64,000 bases of DNA from NCBI GenBank assembly GCA_026683435.1, contig GCA_026683435.1_4866.1. One strand, given 5' to 3'. The translations under genes and the position numbers were made by a program. Source of the stretch: a phage. Below, piece after piece: positions 9,209-20,269 of this stretch (positions are counted from its first letter, which is position 1; the number at the start of each line of letters is the position of its first letter). The notes under the pieces are model-generated. The model did no database searches, was not told the origin of the DNA, and worked only from the letters and a program-made list of their open reading frames with translations.

Positions 9209-11316
9209 TTCATCCTCTGTCGTTGGATTAGCTCTTTCAAGCTTTCCATCGATGCGACGTTACGAACGTCAGTGTTGAGTTGAGAGACGAGCGCTTGAAT
9301 ACGATTCTTGTACATGAGCTGTTGTACCGGGTCGGCTACAACTTGACTCTGCCTAATCATCGTTTCAATTTGCCCCATCAGTTGTTGTTGCTTTTCTTCT
9401 TCCTCGACTGCAGCCTCTTCATCGAATTCACCTGCCATGCCCCCAAGCATATTGCGGTTGCGCATCATCAGTCGGCTGTTACTTATACCGTAGTGGCCTA
9501 AGTTGTTGCCGAACAGAAGTAACCACATTGCCAGAAGCCAGGATATTACCAGGTCATCGTGACCGGATGCACGGTGGTCTATGCGCCCGTTTCGTTCGAC
9601 GAGACCGAGGATTTGGTCGATCAATTCGCCTGACCGCAGTAAGTCCGCAGAAAGACGCAACGCCGTGGTAAATACTTCACCATACAACTTACGGCGTTTA
9701 TCCTGGTCGGTTGAGAAACCGATGTATTTACGGAATTTGTCCCAGAAGCGCTCTGGACTGCCCACAGGGCCACGATGGAACTCTTTGTAAAGTTCATCGT
9801 TCCTTGAGTAATCCTGGGTCACTTTCACGTACAAACGACGATGCAAATCGCGAACCTTAGATTGCAGCTGCAGTATAATGGCATCTGCTACCGAGGAGCC
9901 GGTAGACCGTCGTTCCAGAATGAGTACCGTGTTCGGATATTCGATCATGAAGTCTGCTAAGTGAATCGCAAACCCGATGACGTTTGTTTCGTTCACGGTG
10001 AGCTTGCCGGCATATTCGGCAGTGACAGAGTTGACGATTGACATGGCAATGGCGTCCCGCCCCACGGCTTCGGAAGTATCCAAACCGATGATGTGGCGGT
10101 CTTGCATTTTAACCAGCATCTGTTCTTCAGTGTAATACCAATCCGTTACGTAGTTGGAAGCAGAGATAATTTTCTGTGCTGCCCGAATACGCGAGGCGTT
10201 CATACGTCTTGCATCATCGCCTGAGAACGGTTTGTTGTAACCACCGGTTGTCCATTCACCACCGAAGTCACGGCGGATTTGGTCTAGTGTACCTGGGGCG
10301 TTCGCAATCATATCTGCGAGTTCTTCGTCCGTGGTACCGAGTTGGCGGTGGTTGTATTTCACGTAGAACATGATACGTGGAATCTTCGCAGTAGAGCCTT
10401 TGCGAATCATGTCAATCAGTTGTGCACGAGTCGGAATGTCGATATACCGTTCATCCCACGAAATCCCCGACGTCATCAGGCTGTACATGTACTCGCCTTC
10501 TTCTGTCGCCAAATCCCCAGGCGTTGTTGCGAAGACGTTGCCGTATGGAACACCTTCGGCTTCGTTAATACGACGCGCCGCAGTACCCGATGCTAGTGCA
10601 GCGGGGAGGATATGGTGGATGTTGTTGGTAAACGGTCCTTCATCCGAGAACAGGCGTCCGGCTGTGAGTCCACGGCCTACCCCGTTCGCAGCTTCCTTAT
10701 CGTTTTGACCGATGCCGGTGATAAGTTTGTTACCCTGTGCTAGACAAGCAAATGTCTCACGGTTATCAGGATCGTCCGGATGATGAGGCCAGAGATAATC
10801 CGGTAACGCGTTACGCAGTTGTTTCATTTTGTTGATAGTTTCTTCACGCAGGGCAGGACCCTTCGTGATAAGAATCGTACGTGAGTTCTCCAGGAAGCGC
10901 ATCAGCCACAATAGCAATGCGGACATCCCGACAGTCTTACCATGCTGACGGAGAAACTCGATAGCGGCGTCGATGTTGTTGAAGAAAATCCAATACATCG
11001 AAAAGTTACCGCGGTCTAGACGAAACGGCATCCCGTTCTTTACACCATCCGCAGGGACCCGGACACACTCACGGAAGAAGTACCATGGGTTTTCCGCACA
11101 CTCCGTAACAATCATCGCTTTTTGTTCGAGTGTTAAATCCGGGCTAAACGGATCAACACCACGGAGTTCGGGATTGTGTAATGCCAGGTGGACGTACCAA
11201 TGCTGGACACCTAATCCTTGTAGTGTTGTGGCGAATTGAAGGAAGTGCACGTTTGGTGTGACATCGTCAACAATCGCCCCCGGATAGTGTCGCCAATCGT
11301 TTTTTCGCAGTATCAT
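9205..11316 (-). CDS. terL: terminase large subunit
   Basis: Deviant Walker A LRQHGKTVG as in T4 gp17-type terminases; C-terminal nuclease-like GHDDLVISW motif; 703 aa. Confidence 0.75.
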   Translation of the reverse strand: MILRKNDWRHYPGAIVDDVTPNVHFLQFATTLQGLGVQHWYVHLALHNPELRGVDPFSPDLTLEQKAMIVTECAENPWYFFRECVRVPADGVKNGMPFRLDRGNFSMYWIFFNNIDAAIEFLRQHGKTVGMSALLLWLMRFLENSRTILITKGPALREETINKMKQLRNALPDYLWPHHPDDPDNRETFACLAQGNKLITGIGQNDKEAANGVGRGLTAGRLFSDEGPFTNNIHHILPAALASGTAARRINEAEGVPYGNVFATTPGDLATEEGEYMYSLMTSGISWDERYIDIPTRAQLIDMIRKGSTAKIPRIMFYVKYNHRQLGTTDEELADMIANAPGTLDQIRRDFGGEWTTGGYNKPFSGDDARRMNASRIRAAQKIISASNYVTDWYYTEEQMLVKMQDRHIIGLDTSEAVGRDAIAMSIVNSVTAEYAGKLTVNETNVIGFAIHLADFMIEYPNTVLILERRSTGSSVADAIILQLQSKVRDLHRRLYVKVTQDYSRNDELYKEFHRGPVGSPERFWDKFRKYIGFSTDQDKRRKLYGEVFTTALRLSADLLRSGELIDQILGLVERNGRIDHRASGHDDLVISWLLAMWLLLFGNNLGHYGISNSRLMMRNRNMLGGMAGEFDEEAAVEEEEKQQQLMGQIETMIRQSQVVADPVQQLMYKNRIQALVSQLNTDVRNVASMESLKELIQRQRMK

Positions 11317-11328
11317 ACAATCTCCATA

Positions 11329-11352
11329 CCTCCACCCCCGAAGGGGTGGAGG
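11329..11352. other. 10-bp stem CGAA-loop hairpin (cctccacccc-cgaa-ggggtggagg)
   Basis: Perfect inverted repeat between two minus-strand genes; no clear T-run, so possibly a processing or stability hairpin rather than a terminator. Confidence 0.5.
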
Positions 11353-11360
11353 AAGGTTTG

Positions 11361-13004
11361 TTACTCGATGTGGTGCGCCAGCATTGGCGTAGCCGCGAGG
11401 TTAAGCGTATCCGTAGGAGTGCGACGAATCCAGCGAATAACTAACGAATCGTCCAGAGCGATACGATAATCTACCGTTTGCTCATTTAACCACTCATCGA
11501 TGCTGTGGGTGTAAACCTTACCACCGACATGCACCTCAAAGTGTGTAGGCTCGGGAGCCTCAGATTCATTACGACGATCGTAGAGCGGATAAATCGGCTC
11601 GTACAACGCTTTAAGCCACTCGGCTTTAGAGGCACAACCACAACGAAGGTTCAGCGTGGAGTAGTTGACGTTAGAGTATTTGAACTCCGCCCAAATTTCA
11701 TTACCGTAGACCAGCCCATCGGGCAGGTATTCGATAAGGAAGTTGGTATTCAACTCGTTACCTGGGTTCACTAACGTGATGGCGAAAGACTGCGCCTGGA
11801 TGAATGCGCGGAATTGTGGATTTACTTTGCTGATATCCACCTGCACATTCAGACGCTGTTTCACACCCATCAATAGTGGGTCGAAAGTAGTCCCTGTGGT
11901 GTACTGGATGTTTGCGGTCGCGTCGTAGACTTGGCCGCGTGTCAGGTTGTACAGCAGGAACGACAGACGATAACCACGGTTCGCATCCAACCAACGCGGA
12001 ACCACAAACAGCTTCATGGAATAAGCACCATCGACTGTTTCGGTTACAGCGGTGTAGTCTTTGACAATTGTATCTTTAACAATGTCAGTACCACCGTAGG
12101 TTTCACCGCGAGCCAACTGATAGCTTAACTGGCAAGGTAACTCATTACCGGCGTTTGAAGCGATGTAAAACGTGTCATGTGCACCAGAGTTACGCAGACC
12201 GTTAAACTTCACACGCGAACCATCGATAGGTAGGCGTTTGGTTCCGTCGCTGTACTGGATGTCACACCACAGCGGAATAGATTCCAGCGGGATGTTAATC
12301 GGCAGCGTTAGCGTAGTACCATTGTCGTCTACCAGGAACGGTGAAACCAGTTTAATACCTAGCACAGTGCGAGATGGAGTCTCTTGCGCCATCACCAGAT
12401 TGGTCTTGATGATGTGACCGTGGGCGATCTGAACAACGTTACCGGTGTCAGAGTAAACCAGGAAAGTACACTCTTCACCGTTACTGACTTCGGCCAGACA
12501 GCTCCCAGGAATCGCTTGTTTCACCACAGTTTCTGCGTCAGCCGCACTGATAGTCTGCACCGGCAGATAGTTCTTTTTCAGAACCCCGTCTTTGTAATAA
12601 CCAGACAGGATTTCCGCAGCATCGTTTACAGATGAGCCACGCAGGATACGCACACCATCGATATCAGGACCGTTGAAAGTGACGGCATCATCGATAACCA
12701 TCGTCGGTGGAAGTTTGGTGCTGTCCACGTAGACGCGATATCTGTCAGAGCGTAGTGGGTAGTGACCATTAAGACGCCCGTCTTGGTTTGCCACACCAAC
12801 GCCACCGAACGGTTCTGTTTCCCACGACGGTACCGAATAGTTTACGCTAACCACGCGGTCAAAACCGGAGGTCATGTCGTTCACGATAAGGTCACGTGGG
12901 TTAGGTACGTAACCTGTTGGTTTGTTTGGTTCGTACAATTCACTCGGGTCCCAGACTTCGAACCCGCGATCCTTGTCGATTAATTTGGACGCAATCTTCG
13001 CCAT
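11361..13004 (-). CDS. hypothetical protein, putative virion structural protein (547 aa)
   Basis: Long ORF in the structural block between terminase and sheath. Confidence 0.55.
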   Translation of the reverse strand: MAKIASKLIDKDRGFEVWDPSELYEPNKPTGYVPNPRDLIVNDMTSGFDRVVSVNYSVPSWETEPFGGVGVANQDGRLNGHYPLRSDRYRVYVDSTKLPPTMVIDDAVTFNGPDIDGVRILRGSSVNDAAEILSGYYKDGVLKKNYLPVQTISAADAETVVKQAIPGSCLAEVSNGEECTFLVYSDTGNVVQIAHGHIIKTNLVMAQETPSRTVLGIKLVSPFLVDDNGTTLTLPINIPLESIPLWCDIQYSDGTKRLPIDGSRVKFNGLRNSGAHDTFYIASNAGNELPCQLSYQLARGETYGGTDIVKDTIVKDYTAVTETVDGAYSMKLFVVPRWLDANRGYRLSFLLYNLTRGQVYDATANIQYTTGTTFDPLLMGVKQRLNVQVDISKVNPQFRAFIQAQSFAITLVNPGNELNTNFLIEYLPDGLVYGNEIWAEFKYSNVNYSTLNLRCGCASKAEWLKALYEPIYPLYDRRNESEAPEPTHFEVHVGGKVYTHSIDEWLNEQTVDYRIALDDSLVIRWIRRTPTDTLNLAATPMLAHHIE

Positions 13005-13006
13005 GA

Positions 13007-15520
13007 TTAACCCTTGATTATCAGATACTGATTAAGCTGCACTTCGCCATTCAGATAACGTTCATTGACGCGGTCTAAGAAGGCAAAGCCAAGTTCGTTG
13101 ATTTCTACCGTTTCGTACTTCACATGCGGATGCAGTTTCACAAACGCTTTATCGTAACCGATATAGGCCGGGTCAAACGGCAGGAGGTCTTTATAACGCT
13201 CCATGATGTCATCCAGCTGTGACGTCGAGATACGATACTCCGGATCGTCTTCCCGCAGAATCAGAATACCTTGCAAGTAGTCCCACAAGATTTTGTTCAG
13301 GGTTGGCGAATAGAGGTGATACAGATACGGCAACGGTACCGGGTTAACCGGCGGAGGTGTCGGGAACCAGTTAGACAGATAAGCCTCGACGCGTGTGTCC
13401 AAATCACGGGCAGTGTCGCGCAAGTCGTACGTATCGCCGCTTACCAGCGTCCGCAACGGAATAGTCGGATCGTCGACCGAGTATGGGAACCCGTCTTGCA
13501 CGATGTCAACACCTACAGTGTTGTCTTCACGGAACACGACTTCGTCACGCAATAGCAGTGAACCACCACCCACGACACGAATCACTTTGTCGTCACGGCA
13601 ATCAAACTGGCTGTTATTAGACAGCAGTCCGTTTGACACGAAACCATGTTTAGGAATACGGAGTTCACCGGTCACGCCACGACAACGCACTGAGACTTTA
13701 TTTGTATCCCCGTCCGCCATCCACGCTTTACAAACCACCACAATTTCCGGCCAGCGGGTGTGGTAATCGATACCGTGCACCAGTGGGTGGTTGTTCAACC
13801 ACACTTCAACCGTTTCCATCGGTAGCCACAGCGTGCGCTGCTGCCCGTCTTGGTTGCGTGCTACAATCGGAATACGTATCTGACCTTCCGACACCTTAAC
13901 ATCCACTTCGAAGAACAGATGGAAGTCGTCGTAAATCACTGTCGGGTGACGTCGTGTCCGATCTACGGTCCAGGTGATTTTATTTCCGTCGCGAGTATAA
14001 TCCGTTCCTTCCTCGGCTTTGTAGTAGTCGTTGGTTGGAACTTCCCCGATGACCATTCGAATCCACAACCCAACGTTTGAACCTGGCTCAATTTCAAAGT
14101 CGGGAGCGTTGTCAACAATCTTCACCGCATCCGAGACTTCACCCGCAATAGCCTCGATGATTCGTGCTTCTGGATTGCGAGGGATGTAAACATCGTAGCC
14201 TGCATTACGGTGATGTTCTAACAGCAACCCATCGGCATCGTACTCGTATACAGTTGACAGCGTTGCCAGTAAGTCGGGCAAAGTACCACGATAGCCACCG
14301 GATGTAAGTTCCAGACGCTGTGGAGTGTCGGCACTGTAACGTGCGGCGGCATTGTAGCCGTACGCATCAGTGCAGAGATCGCGTGTGATGTTCCGGAGTT
14401 TGGCTGCTGCTAACCGATTCGCTGCCGATTCTTCGAGCGCTGCTGCGGTCCACTCTGGTACGTTAGAGTTTGCCCCCACCATCGCACCGATGATCTGCTC
14501 GTCACTAAGACGATAGAGATCGTGCGTGTGGGTGGAGTTATACAACGGCTTCAGGTCAAGGAAATCGTCACGTATCAATAAACGAATCGTTAGTTCGTCG
14601 ATATCATTCATTGGGTTAGTGAAAGCGGTGCGGTATTTCGAAATCCGCATCGACGGAATCGATATATCGTTCCACGTCAATTGACGCACGGCCTGATGAC
14701 GGTGGCGGTGGTAGTAACGCCCTTCGCCTTTCCACAACAACTGAATTTCACAGTCGTTGTTGAAAATCCAAATGCCATCCCCTTTTGGAATGTGCAGCAG
14801 GTATTTTCGTGTTTGGTCAAGCGTTGAGTAGAACGTTTGCAAATCCCCACAACGGTATTCAATCACACGACGAATACGCCCATCGACACGGATTTCAACA
14901 TCATCCCATGCTTTGATATCCGCGGGCTTAGGATTAGCAATCATCTTTCCGTTTACCCAGAAATCGACATAGCCGATTTTCTGGCCTTTCAACAGATTAT
15001 AACGGTCTAAGACGATCTGGATCTGTTGTGGGTTCGGCGGATTATACGGTTCGATGAATGTCGGTTTAACAACAGGAGCGTTTTCGCCGCCATCATTACC
15101 AGCATAAATGCGCAGATAACACGGCGTGTCGTCTAACCACTTGTAGCGTTCCGTTTGCGGAATCGCCATGTAAATCTGACCAGAGAGTGTCCGCCAGAAA
15201 TACACAGAGTTCGACGGGATAATTGTCCCATCTTCGTTGTACACCTGCATCCACGCATGGAAGTTATTTACACACGTAGTAAGTTTCTTCCAGCGCTCAG
15301 GAGGGATACTCAAGTTGCCGTAGTTGAGGTGGAGCTTGTCAATTACAAACGCGTGCCACCACCCCTCGCCCGGTAAAGGAATCGGATTACGCCCGTGCTT
15401 GAAAAACCCGATCGCTCCGGTCTTTTCAGTTAATCGAAAAGGCGCAATGTTCAACACCCCATCGAGGTACGGACGCTGCCACGCATTTTTAACGGCGTGA
15501 GCGACCAGCCAGTTCTCCAT
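13007..15520 (-). CDS. hypothetical protein, putative virion structural protein (837 aa)
   Basis: Long ORF packed against neighbours. Confidence 0.6.
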   Translation of the reverse strand: MENWLVAHAVKNAWQRPYLDGVLNIAPFRLTEKTGAIGFFKHGRNPIPLPGEGWWHAFVIDKLHLNYGNLSIPPERWKKLTTCVNNFHAWMQVYNEDGTIIPSNSVYFWRTLSGQIYMAIPQTERYKWLDDTPCYLRIYAGNDGGENAPVVKPTFIEPYNPPNPQQIQIVLDRYNLLKGQKIGYVDFWVNGKMIANPKPADIKAWDDVEIRVDGRIRRVIEYRCGDLQTFYSTLDQTRKYLLHIPKGDGIWIFNNDCEIQLLWKGEGRYYHRHRHQAVRQLTWNDISIPSMRISKYRTAFTNPMNDIDELTIRLLIRDDFLDLKPLYNSTHTHDLYRLSDEQIIGAMVGANSNVPEWTAAALEESAANRLAAAKLRNITRDLCTDAYGYNAAARYSADTPQRLELTSGGYRGTLPDLLATLSTVYEYDADGLLLEHHRNAGYDVYIPRNPEARIIEAIAGEVSDAVKIVDNAPDFEIEPGSNVGLWIRMVIGEVPTNDYYKAEEGTDYTRDGNKITWTVDRTRRHPTVIYDDFHLFFEVDVKVSEGQIRIPIVARNQDGQQRTLWLPMETVEVWLNNHPLVHGIDYHTRWPEIVVVCKAWMADGDTNKVSVRCRGVTGELRIPKHGFVSNGLLSNNSQFDCRDDKVIRVVGGGSLLLRDEVVFREDNTVGVDIVQDGFPYSVDDPTIPLRTLVSGDTYDLRDTARDLDTRVEAYLSNWFPTPPPVNPVPLPYLYHLYSPTLNKILWDYLQGILILREDDPEYRISTSQLDDIMERYKDLLPFDPAYIGYDKAFVKLHPHVKYETVEINELGFAFLDRVNERYLNGEVQLNQYLIIKG

Positions 15521-15530
15521 AGTGGGCCTC

Positions 15531-16436
15531 TTACTTGATGTTCAGTGGTTTGGTGTTTTGATTCATCAGAAGGTTGTAGGTGAATTCAAACTTATCGCGT
15601 TTCTTAGCGGTGTCTGACTTCTTCACAATCCCACCTAACCGACTGCGGTTAAACATGTTATTATCCAGACAAGCCTTAATCATAACGAAGAGACTAGGCG
15701 GATATTCGATGGCGCTAGTAGCGAGTTGTTTTTCATAACTCACCCCGAAGAAGCTGGTATTCAACATCTGCTGCAGAGACAGAATGCTCAGGTCACGCAC
15801 CCGCGGAGTGATATCTGCAGCCTGCACCATTTCGACGAATTCTGCGATATTACGCGGGAAAAGATATTCTGTGTGGCCTGTCACTGATTCAAACAGTTCT
15901 GCAGGTAAGCCTAATTGCTGCTCCAGCATCTGCTGCAAACGTAACGCTTTCACATCATCTTCGATGTGATTATAGAACTGCCCCACAGAGAACAATGCAG
16001 CCAACGCTTTGATTTGCCCACTTTGATATGGAGCAAGTGCAAACGTGTGGGTAATCGCATCCGACACCCATTTGCTGAAAATCTCATGGTGGTAGGGCAT
16101 CTGTGCCATCAGTGCAGCAAGCTTACCATTACTCCGTTTCCACACCAATTCCCAGCGAGCCTGGTCGAGACGCAATGCGTGTTCGACTGGGTTTCGTATT
16201 TTTAGCTCGTTGGTCTTATCCAGCGTGGTAAACGTGGCTGCGTATACATAAACGTCGTCGCCGATAACAATCGGCAAAGGAAACGGTTTTACATCAGCGG
16301 TCTCAACAACGTAATGAACTTCATCGGACTGCGGGACAGTTTGGTTAAGTTTACGGGCTAATTCCAGGTCTGCCTTGGTGCGAGTAAGGTCGATTGCATT
16401 AAATGGATTACCGCTGTAAGCGTTTTCGAGTGCCAT
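15531..16436 (-). CDS. hypothetical protein (~301 aa)
   Basis: ORF; start placed at the ATG at 16436 with AAGGA RBS to avoid overlapping the divergent sheath gene. Confidence 0.5.
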   Translation of the reverse strand: MALENAYSGNPFNAIDLTRTKADLELARKLNQTVPQSDEVHYVVETADVKPFPLPIVIGDDVYVYAATFTTLDKTNELKIRNPVEHALRLDQARWELVWKRSNGKLAALMAQMPYHHEIFSKWVSDAITHTFALAPYQSGQIKALAALFSVGQFYNHIEDDVKALRLQQMLEQQLGLPAELFESVTGHTEYLFPRNIAEFVEMVQAADITPRVRDLSILSLQQMLNTSFFGVSYEKQLATSAIEYPPSLFVMIKACLDNNMFNRSRLGGIVKKSDTAKKRDKFEFTYNLLMNQNTKPLNIK

Positions 16437-16493
16437 GAGTATGATCCTTAGTATGACCATCAGGTCTTTAAGACGAATATATGGAGACGTTCC

Positions 16494-18539
16494 ATGACTT
16501 TTATTCCACGAAACGGCGCGCCGTTGAATAACAAGCAAGGTTGGCAGGATAACTCTGTCCCCGAGCTTGTGCGTACCCCTACGGGTGACGCAATTCATAA
16601 GCCGCTGATCTTCACCTTTGCCGCGCGCGGGGTAGACAACGAGGCGTTCCCGTTAACCGGGGATAATGCACTGTCTCTGCTTGGTCGCAATGTCTTTGAC
16701 TTGCGAGGCCCCTACGCGACGTTTAACACGCCCTATCAGGCGATGTTCAACGCTAACGCAAACGAGTGTATGTATCAGCGCTTGATCCCTGAAGATGCGA
16801 AAACCGCAAGTGTTCGCGTATTCGCCGACGTACTCGAAACGAAAGTTCCGTCCTACGAACGCGACAGCAACGGGATCGTTCAGTACGGCAACTCGGGCAA
16901 GCCCAAGATCAAAGAACAAGTTGACGGTTTGGTAATCGTCTTCCGTTCTGTCGTAATCGACGAAACTACCCCGGCCATCGGCGCAGGTGTGGTTATCGAG
17001 GGGACGATGACTGGCGAAGGCGGCACGAAATCGAAGCTGTATCCGTTGTTCGATATCGCAGGCCCGTATGCGGGTGCTGACGTCAACGGTTTCGGTTTCA
17101 AACTGATCCCACTCAGCGAGAAATCCAGCCCGGCTCTGACCTCCTCCTATCAAAATGAAGTCGGTGGTCGTGTTTACACCCTGCAATGGTTCGAAACCCT
17201 GGCAGGCGTGACTTCTCCGGTAGTGTGGAAAACTCTCACTGGCATGAGTAGCATCAATTTTAGCTTTAAGCCCGATGCATACTATCAGCCGATGAGAACG
17301 CAACTCGACTTCGAAGTTGTTGTTGCGGATGCATATCGTCAGACGATGCCTGACATTGGCGAGCTGCCAGATTATGGTCCTTTCGAGCAGTTCTATCTGT
17401 ATCGCGAGAACCTGGAAACTGTACTGGGCTTGGCTCAGGCCGCTATCACAACTGATGCGCCTGCTGACCCGTATATGGTTGACATCTTTGGCGGCTATGA
17501 TTTACTGGGCCAGCCTTACGATGGTCTTCAGGTAAACCCGGCTACTGAAACCGGTAAAGTTGTGTTCTCCGCATCCAACATCCACTACCTGCAAGGTGGT
17601 AGCGATGGTACCATGAACAACGACGTTTACGACGAACTCGTTCGCCGTGAAATGCTGCTGTTCCCGGATGGTGGTAAAGTCCGTTACGACAACGAGCTGA
17701 AATACTCGCTGGGTTGTTTCTGGGACTCTGGCTTTAGCTTCGATACTAAAGCTGCGCTCGTGAACTTCATCGGTCGTTCACGTAACACCTTCTTGACGCT
17801 GGCGACTCACGTTTACAGCCAAGGCCGTAACGATGAGCAGACAGAAGAAAGTGCAAAAATCGCCCTGATCGAATTGATCACAGCGGTACCGGAATCTGCC
17901 TATTACGGCACTCCGGCTGCACGTGGTATGGTCACCGGCCAATCGGCGTTCATCAAGAACTCTTCCTACAAGAAGCCTGTTCCGATGAACTACTCCCTGG
18001 CGAACTTCTTCTCGAAGTACCTGGGTGCAGGCGACGGTCGTGCAAAACCGGCTTATCGTTTCAGCCGTGGCGAACTGACGATTATCGAAGATCTGACTGA
18101 CCTGAGTATGCCGTGGAAAGGCAACGAAGTGTATGCGTCTGACTGGGATGTGTCGCTGATCACTGCCCGTTCCTACGACTACTATCGCTTGTTCATTCCG
18201 GCGATTCAGTCAATCTACAGCGAAGATCGTTCTGTACTGAACAACGCCCTGTTCAACTTCATGATGACCTACGTCTATCGTGTTTCCGACCGTGTATGGG
18301 CGGACATGTCTGGCGAAGCGGCCATGACGGATGATGAACGTGCGAAGATGATTGAGAACAAAATTATCGAACGTCTGGAAGGCCGTCTCGATAACGTTGC
18401 TGTCGTCACTCCGAAGGCGTACTTCACTGCAGACGATAAATCCAATGGTTACTCTGTGACGCTGGACCTGATCGCTGAAGGCGGTGTGCTGCTCACCCAG
18501 TTCAACACCACTATCAAAGTTTACCGTCGGGAGAGCTAA
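16494..18539 (+). CDS. putative tail sheath protein (681 aa)
   Basis: Size and pairing with a ~290-aa downstream gene match phiKZ-type sheath/tube pairs; GGAGA RBS; strong terminator after the pair; no diagnostic motif checked. Confidence 0.5.
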   Translation: MTFIPRNGAPLNNKQGWQDNSVPELVRTPTGDAIHKPLIFTFAARGVDNEAFPLTGDNALSLLGRNVFDLRGPYATFNTPYQAMFNANANECMYQRLIPEDAKTASVRVFADVLETKVPSYERDSNGIVQYGNSGKPKIKEQVDGLVIVFRSVVIDETTPAIGAGVVIEGTMTGEGGTKSKLYPLFDIAGPYAGADVNGFGFKLIPLSEKSSPALTSSYQNEVGGRVYTLQWFETLAGVTSPVVWKTLTGMSSINFSFKPDAYYQPMRTQLDFEVVVADAYRQTMPDIGELPDYGPFEQFYLYRENLETVLGLAQAAITTDAPADPYMVDIFGGYDLLGQPYDGLQVNPATETGKVVFSASNIHYLQGGSDGTMNNDVYDELVRREMLLFPDGGKVRYDNELKYSLGCFWDSGFSFDTKAALVNFIGRSRNTFLTLATHVYSQGRNDEQTEESAKIALIELITAVPESAYYGTPAARGMVTGQSAFIKNSSYKKPVPMNYSLANFFSKYLGAGDGRAKPAYRFSRGELTIIEDLTDLSMPWKGNEVYASDWDVSLITARSYDYYRLFIPAIQSIYSEDRSVLNNALFNFMMTYVYRVSDRVWADMSGEAAMTDDERAKMIENKIIERLEGRLDNVAVVTPKAYFTADDKSNGYSVTLDLIAEGGVLLTQFNTTIKVYRRES

Positions 18540-18542
18540 TAG

Positions 18543-19418
18543 ATGGCAATCAAAGATCGTCTCATTTTGCCTGATCAGGGTCTGCACGTCGACGGCGGCC
18601 AGTACGATATGGTCAACGCGTTCTCCTCGGGCCAAAACGGCCCGGTTGGACAGGTTGGCAAGTTCGTTACTAACGCCTCTCGTCTGCGTCGTAACGTCAT
18701 CGCGCGCGTCATGGAATTCCCTCGTTGGGTGGATTACATGCCGAACCCGCAGATGTGGCGTCAGGCTATCAAGTCCTTTATCGAGGTTCACTCCGAGATT
18801 ACTGGTCTGGATAAAACCCTGAGCCATGCGGCTGTTGAAACTCAGCAGGGTCGTAACAACCGCACCCAGTATGAAGCTGGTCTGGTAACGGAAGCACTGT
18901 CCTCTGTTACCTTCACCACCCCGGATAAACTCGGGAAGGTGTACCAAAACATGCTGTGGGCGTGGCTGGTTTACGGTGTTTGTGATCCCCAGACTGGTCA
19001 CCCGGGCCTGGCCGCAATCAACCCGAACGTTCCTGACCACCTGCCGGATATGTACAGCATGACCGTGCTGTTCATCGAGCCAGATGCGTATCAGCGTAAA
19101 CCGCAGAACGCGTGGTGGTTAACGAACATGATTCCGGAAACCGCTGGCCAGGATATCGGTGAGCGTGAAACCAACACCGGTCCGCAGATTAACGAACTGT
19201 CAATCGCCTTTACCTCCCAGCAATGGACAGGTTGGGGTCCGATGCAGGCTGCTGCGAAAGAGCTGGAGCGTATGAAGCTGTACGGTCTGCGTCCTTACGA
19301 GCGCAAACTGTGGCTTACTCCGTCTCAGCAGACCGATGGTATCAACCCGGACGTCAACGCAACCCCAGGTGGTTACAACTCTGTCTCCGACGAGCAGATG
19401 GCCAACCAGATGCGCTAA
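18543..19418 (+). CDS. putative tail tube protein (291 aa)
   Basis: Starts 4 nt after the sheath stop; followed by a strong terminator. Confidence 0.45.
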   Translation: MAIKDRLILPDQGLHVDGGQYDMVNAFSSGQNGPVGQVGKFVTNASRLRRNVIARVMEFPRWVDYMPNPQMWRQAIKSFIEVHSEITGLDKTLSHAAVETQQGRNNRTQYEAGLVTEALSSVTFTTPDKLGKVYQNMLWAWLVYGVCDPQTGHPGLAAINPNVPDHLPDMYSMTVLFIEPDAYQRKPQNAWWLTNMIPETAGQDIGERETNTGPQINELSIAFTSQQWTGWGPMQAAAKELERMKLYGLRPYERKLWLTPSQQTDGINPDVNATPGGYNSVSDEQMANQMR

Positions 19419-19420
19419 GA

Positions 19421-19476
19421 CAAAAAAAAACAAGCGTTACCTCTCTCCAGACGGAGAGAGGTACGTTTTATTTTTT
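19421..19476. terminator. bidirectional intrinsic terminator (acctctctcc-agac-ggagagaggt)
   Basis: 10-bp stem 19439-19462 flanked by A-run upstream and T-run downstream; between convergent genes. Confidence 0.7.
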
Positions 19477-20013
19477 CGGTTGGCTAGCATCAATTTCACG
19501 CTGCGCATTAGCACGAATTAATAGGTTCTTAATTTGCAGCAGTAACAGATAAGTTACGAGCACATCGAACTCAGACGGTGGTTGAACGTCACCTAGGTCA
19601 GGATGGGCAATCTTCCAGAGAGACATCCCGTCTTTATAACCTTGCCCCGATTCGGCCGCGAGAATGTCGTTGGCAGACATGCTAATGAGTTCGTGTTCCA
19701 GCCGACGGAGTACCTCGTCACCCAGCTCTACTTGCAACAAGCACTTAAAGCGGATGATAAAGCCCGCGATAATACGCCCGCTACTACCTTTGGTGATCGT
19801 GTCGAGAAAACGTTGGTAGCCGTTGATGGTGTGCGGAATAATCTCAACCGGATATTCGGCAATGGTTTCGAAAGCATCTTCCAATATGGCTTTCATGGAC
19901 AACGTAAACACGTCACCGATCTGATTGATGTGGCGAATAATGTCTTCACGTTTCATATCAGATGGAATCGGTTTGATATCATCCTGACCGAGAGTATTAA
20001 GTTGCTTCATTGT
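19468..20013 (-). CDS. hypothetical protein (181 aa)
   Basis: ORF; start placed at the ATG at 20013 preceded by GGAGCT. Confidence 0.5.
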   Translation of the reverse strand, partial: TMKQLNTLGQDDIKPIPSDMKREDIIRHINQIGDVFTLSMKAILEDAFETIAEYPVEIIPHTINGYQRFLDTITKGSSGRIIAGFIIRFKCLLQVELGDEVLRRLEHELISMSANDILAAESGQGYKDGMSLWKIAHPDLGDVQPPSEFDVLVTYLLLLQIKNLLIRANAQREIDASQPKK

Positions 20014-20065
20014 AGCTCCAAAATCAAAAAAAAATAGGGCAGTCATAAGACCACCCCATTGTTTA

Positions 20066-20269
20066 CTACTTCCGACCGTATAGCGAAGCAAGCCCTTCTA
20101 ACTGCAGCGGCTTCGGCATAGGTTTAGGGAAGGTGACAGTGAGACCGATTTCCTCGTGTGACGCAATGGTGCCATCCCAACGTAACCCAGTAGCAGGATT
20201 CACATTAGGATGGCATTCCACTTTAGCCCCGAGTAGCTCAGCGAGTTCCTTTGGGCTGGACGGAATCAT
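20066..20269 (-). CDS. hypothetical small protein (67 aa)
   Basis: ATG overlaps the stop of the upstream gene (TAATG coupling). Confidence 0.3.
   Translation of the reverse strand: MIPSSPKELAELLGAKVECHPNVNPATGLRWDGTIASHEEIGLTVTFPKPMPKPLQLEGLASLYGRK

Noticed and set aside
9280-15376. Short plus-strand ORFs inside the terminase and the two large structural genes
   Set aside because: Contained in long minus-strand ORFs with clear starts and motifs; spurious.
16653-19040. Antisense ORFs 16653..17303 (216 aa) and 18210..19040 (276 aa) opposite the sheath and tube genes
   Set aside because: Nested opposite strongly supported, codon-biased plus-strand genes; no RBS.
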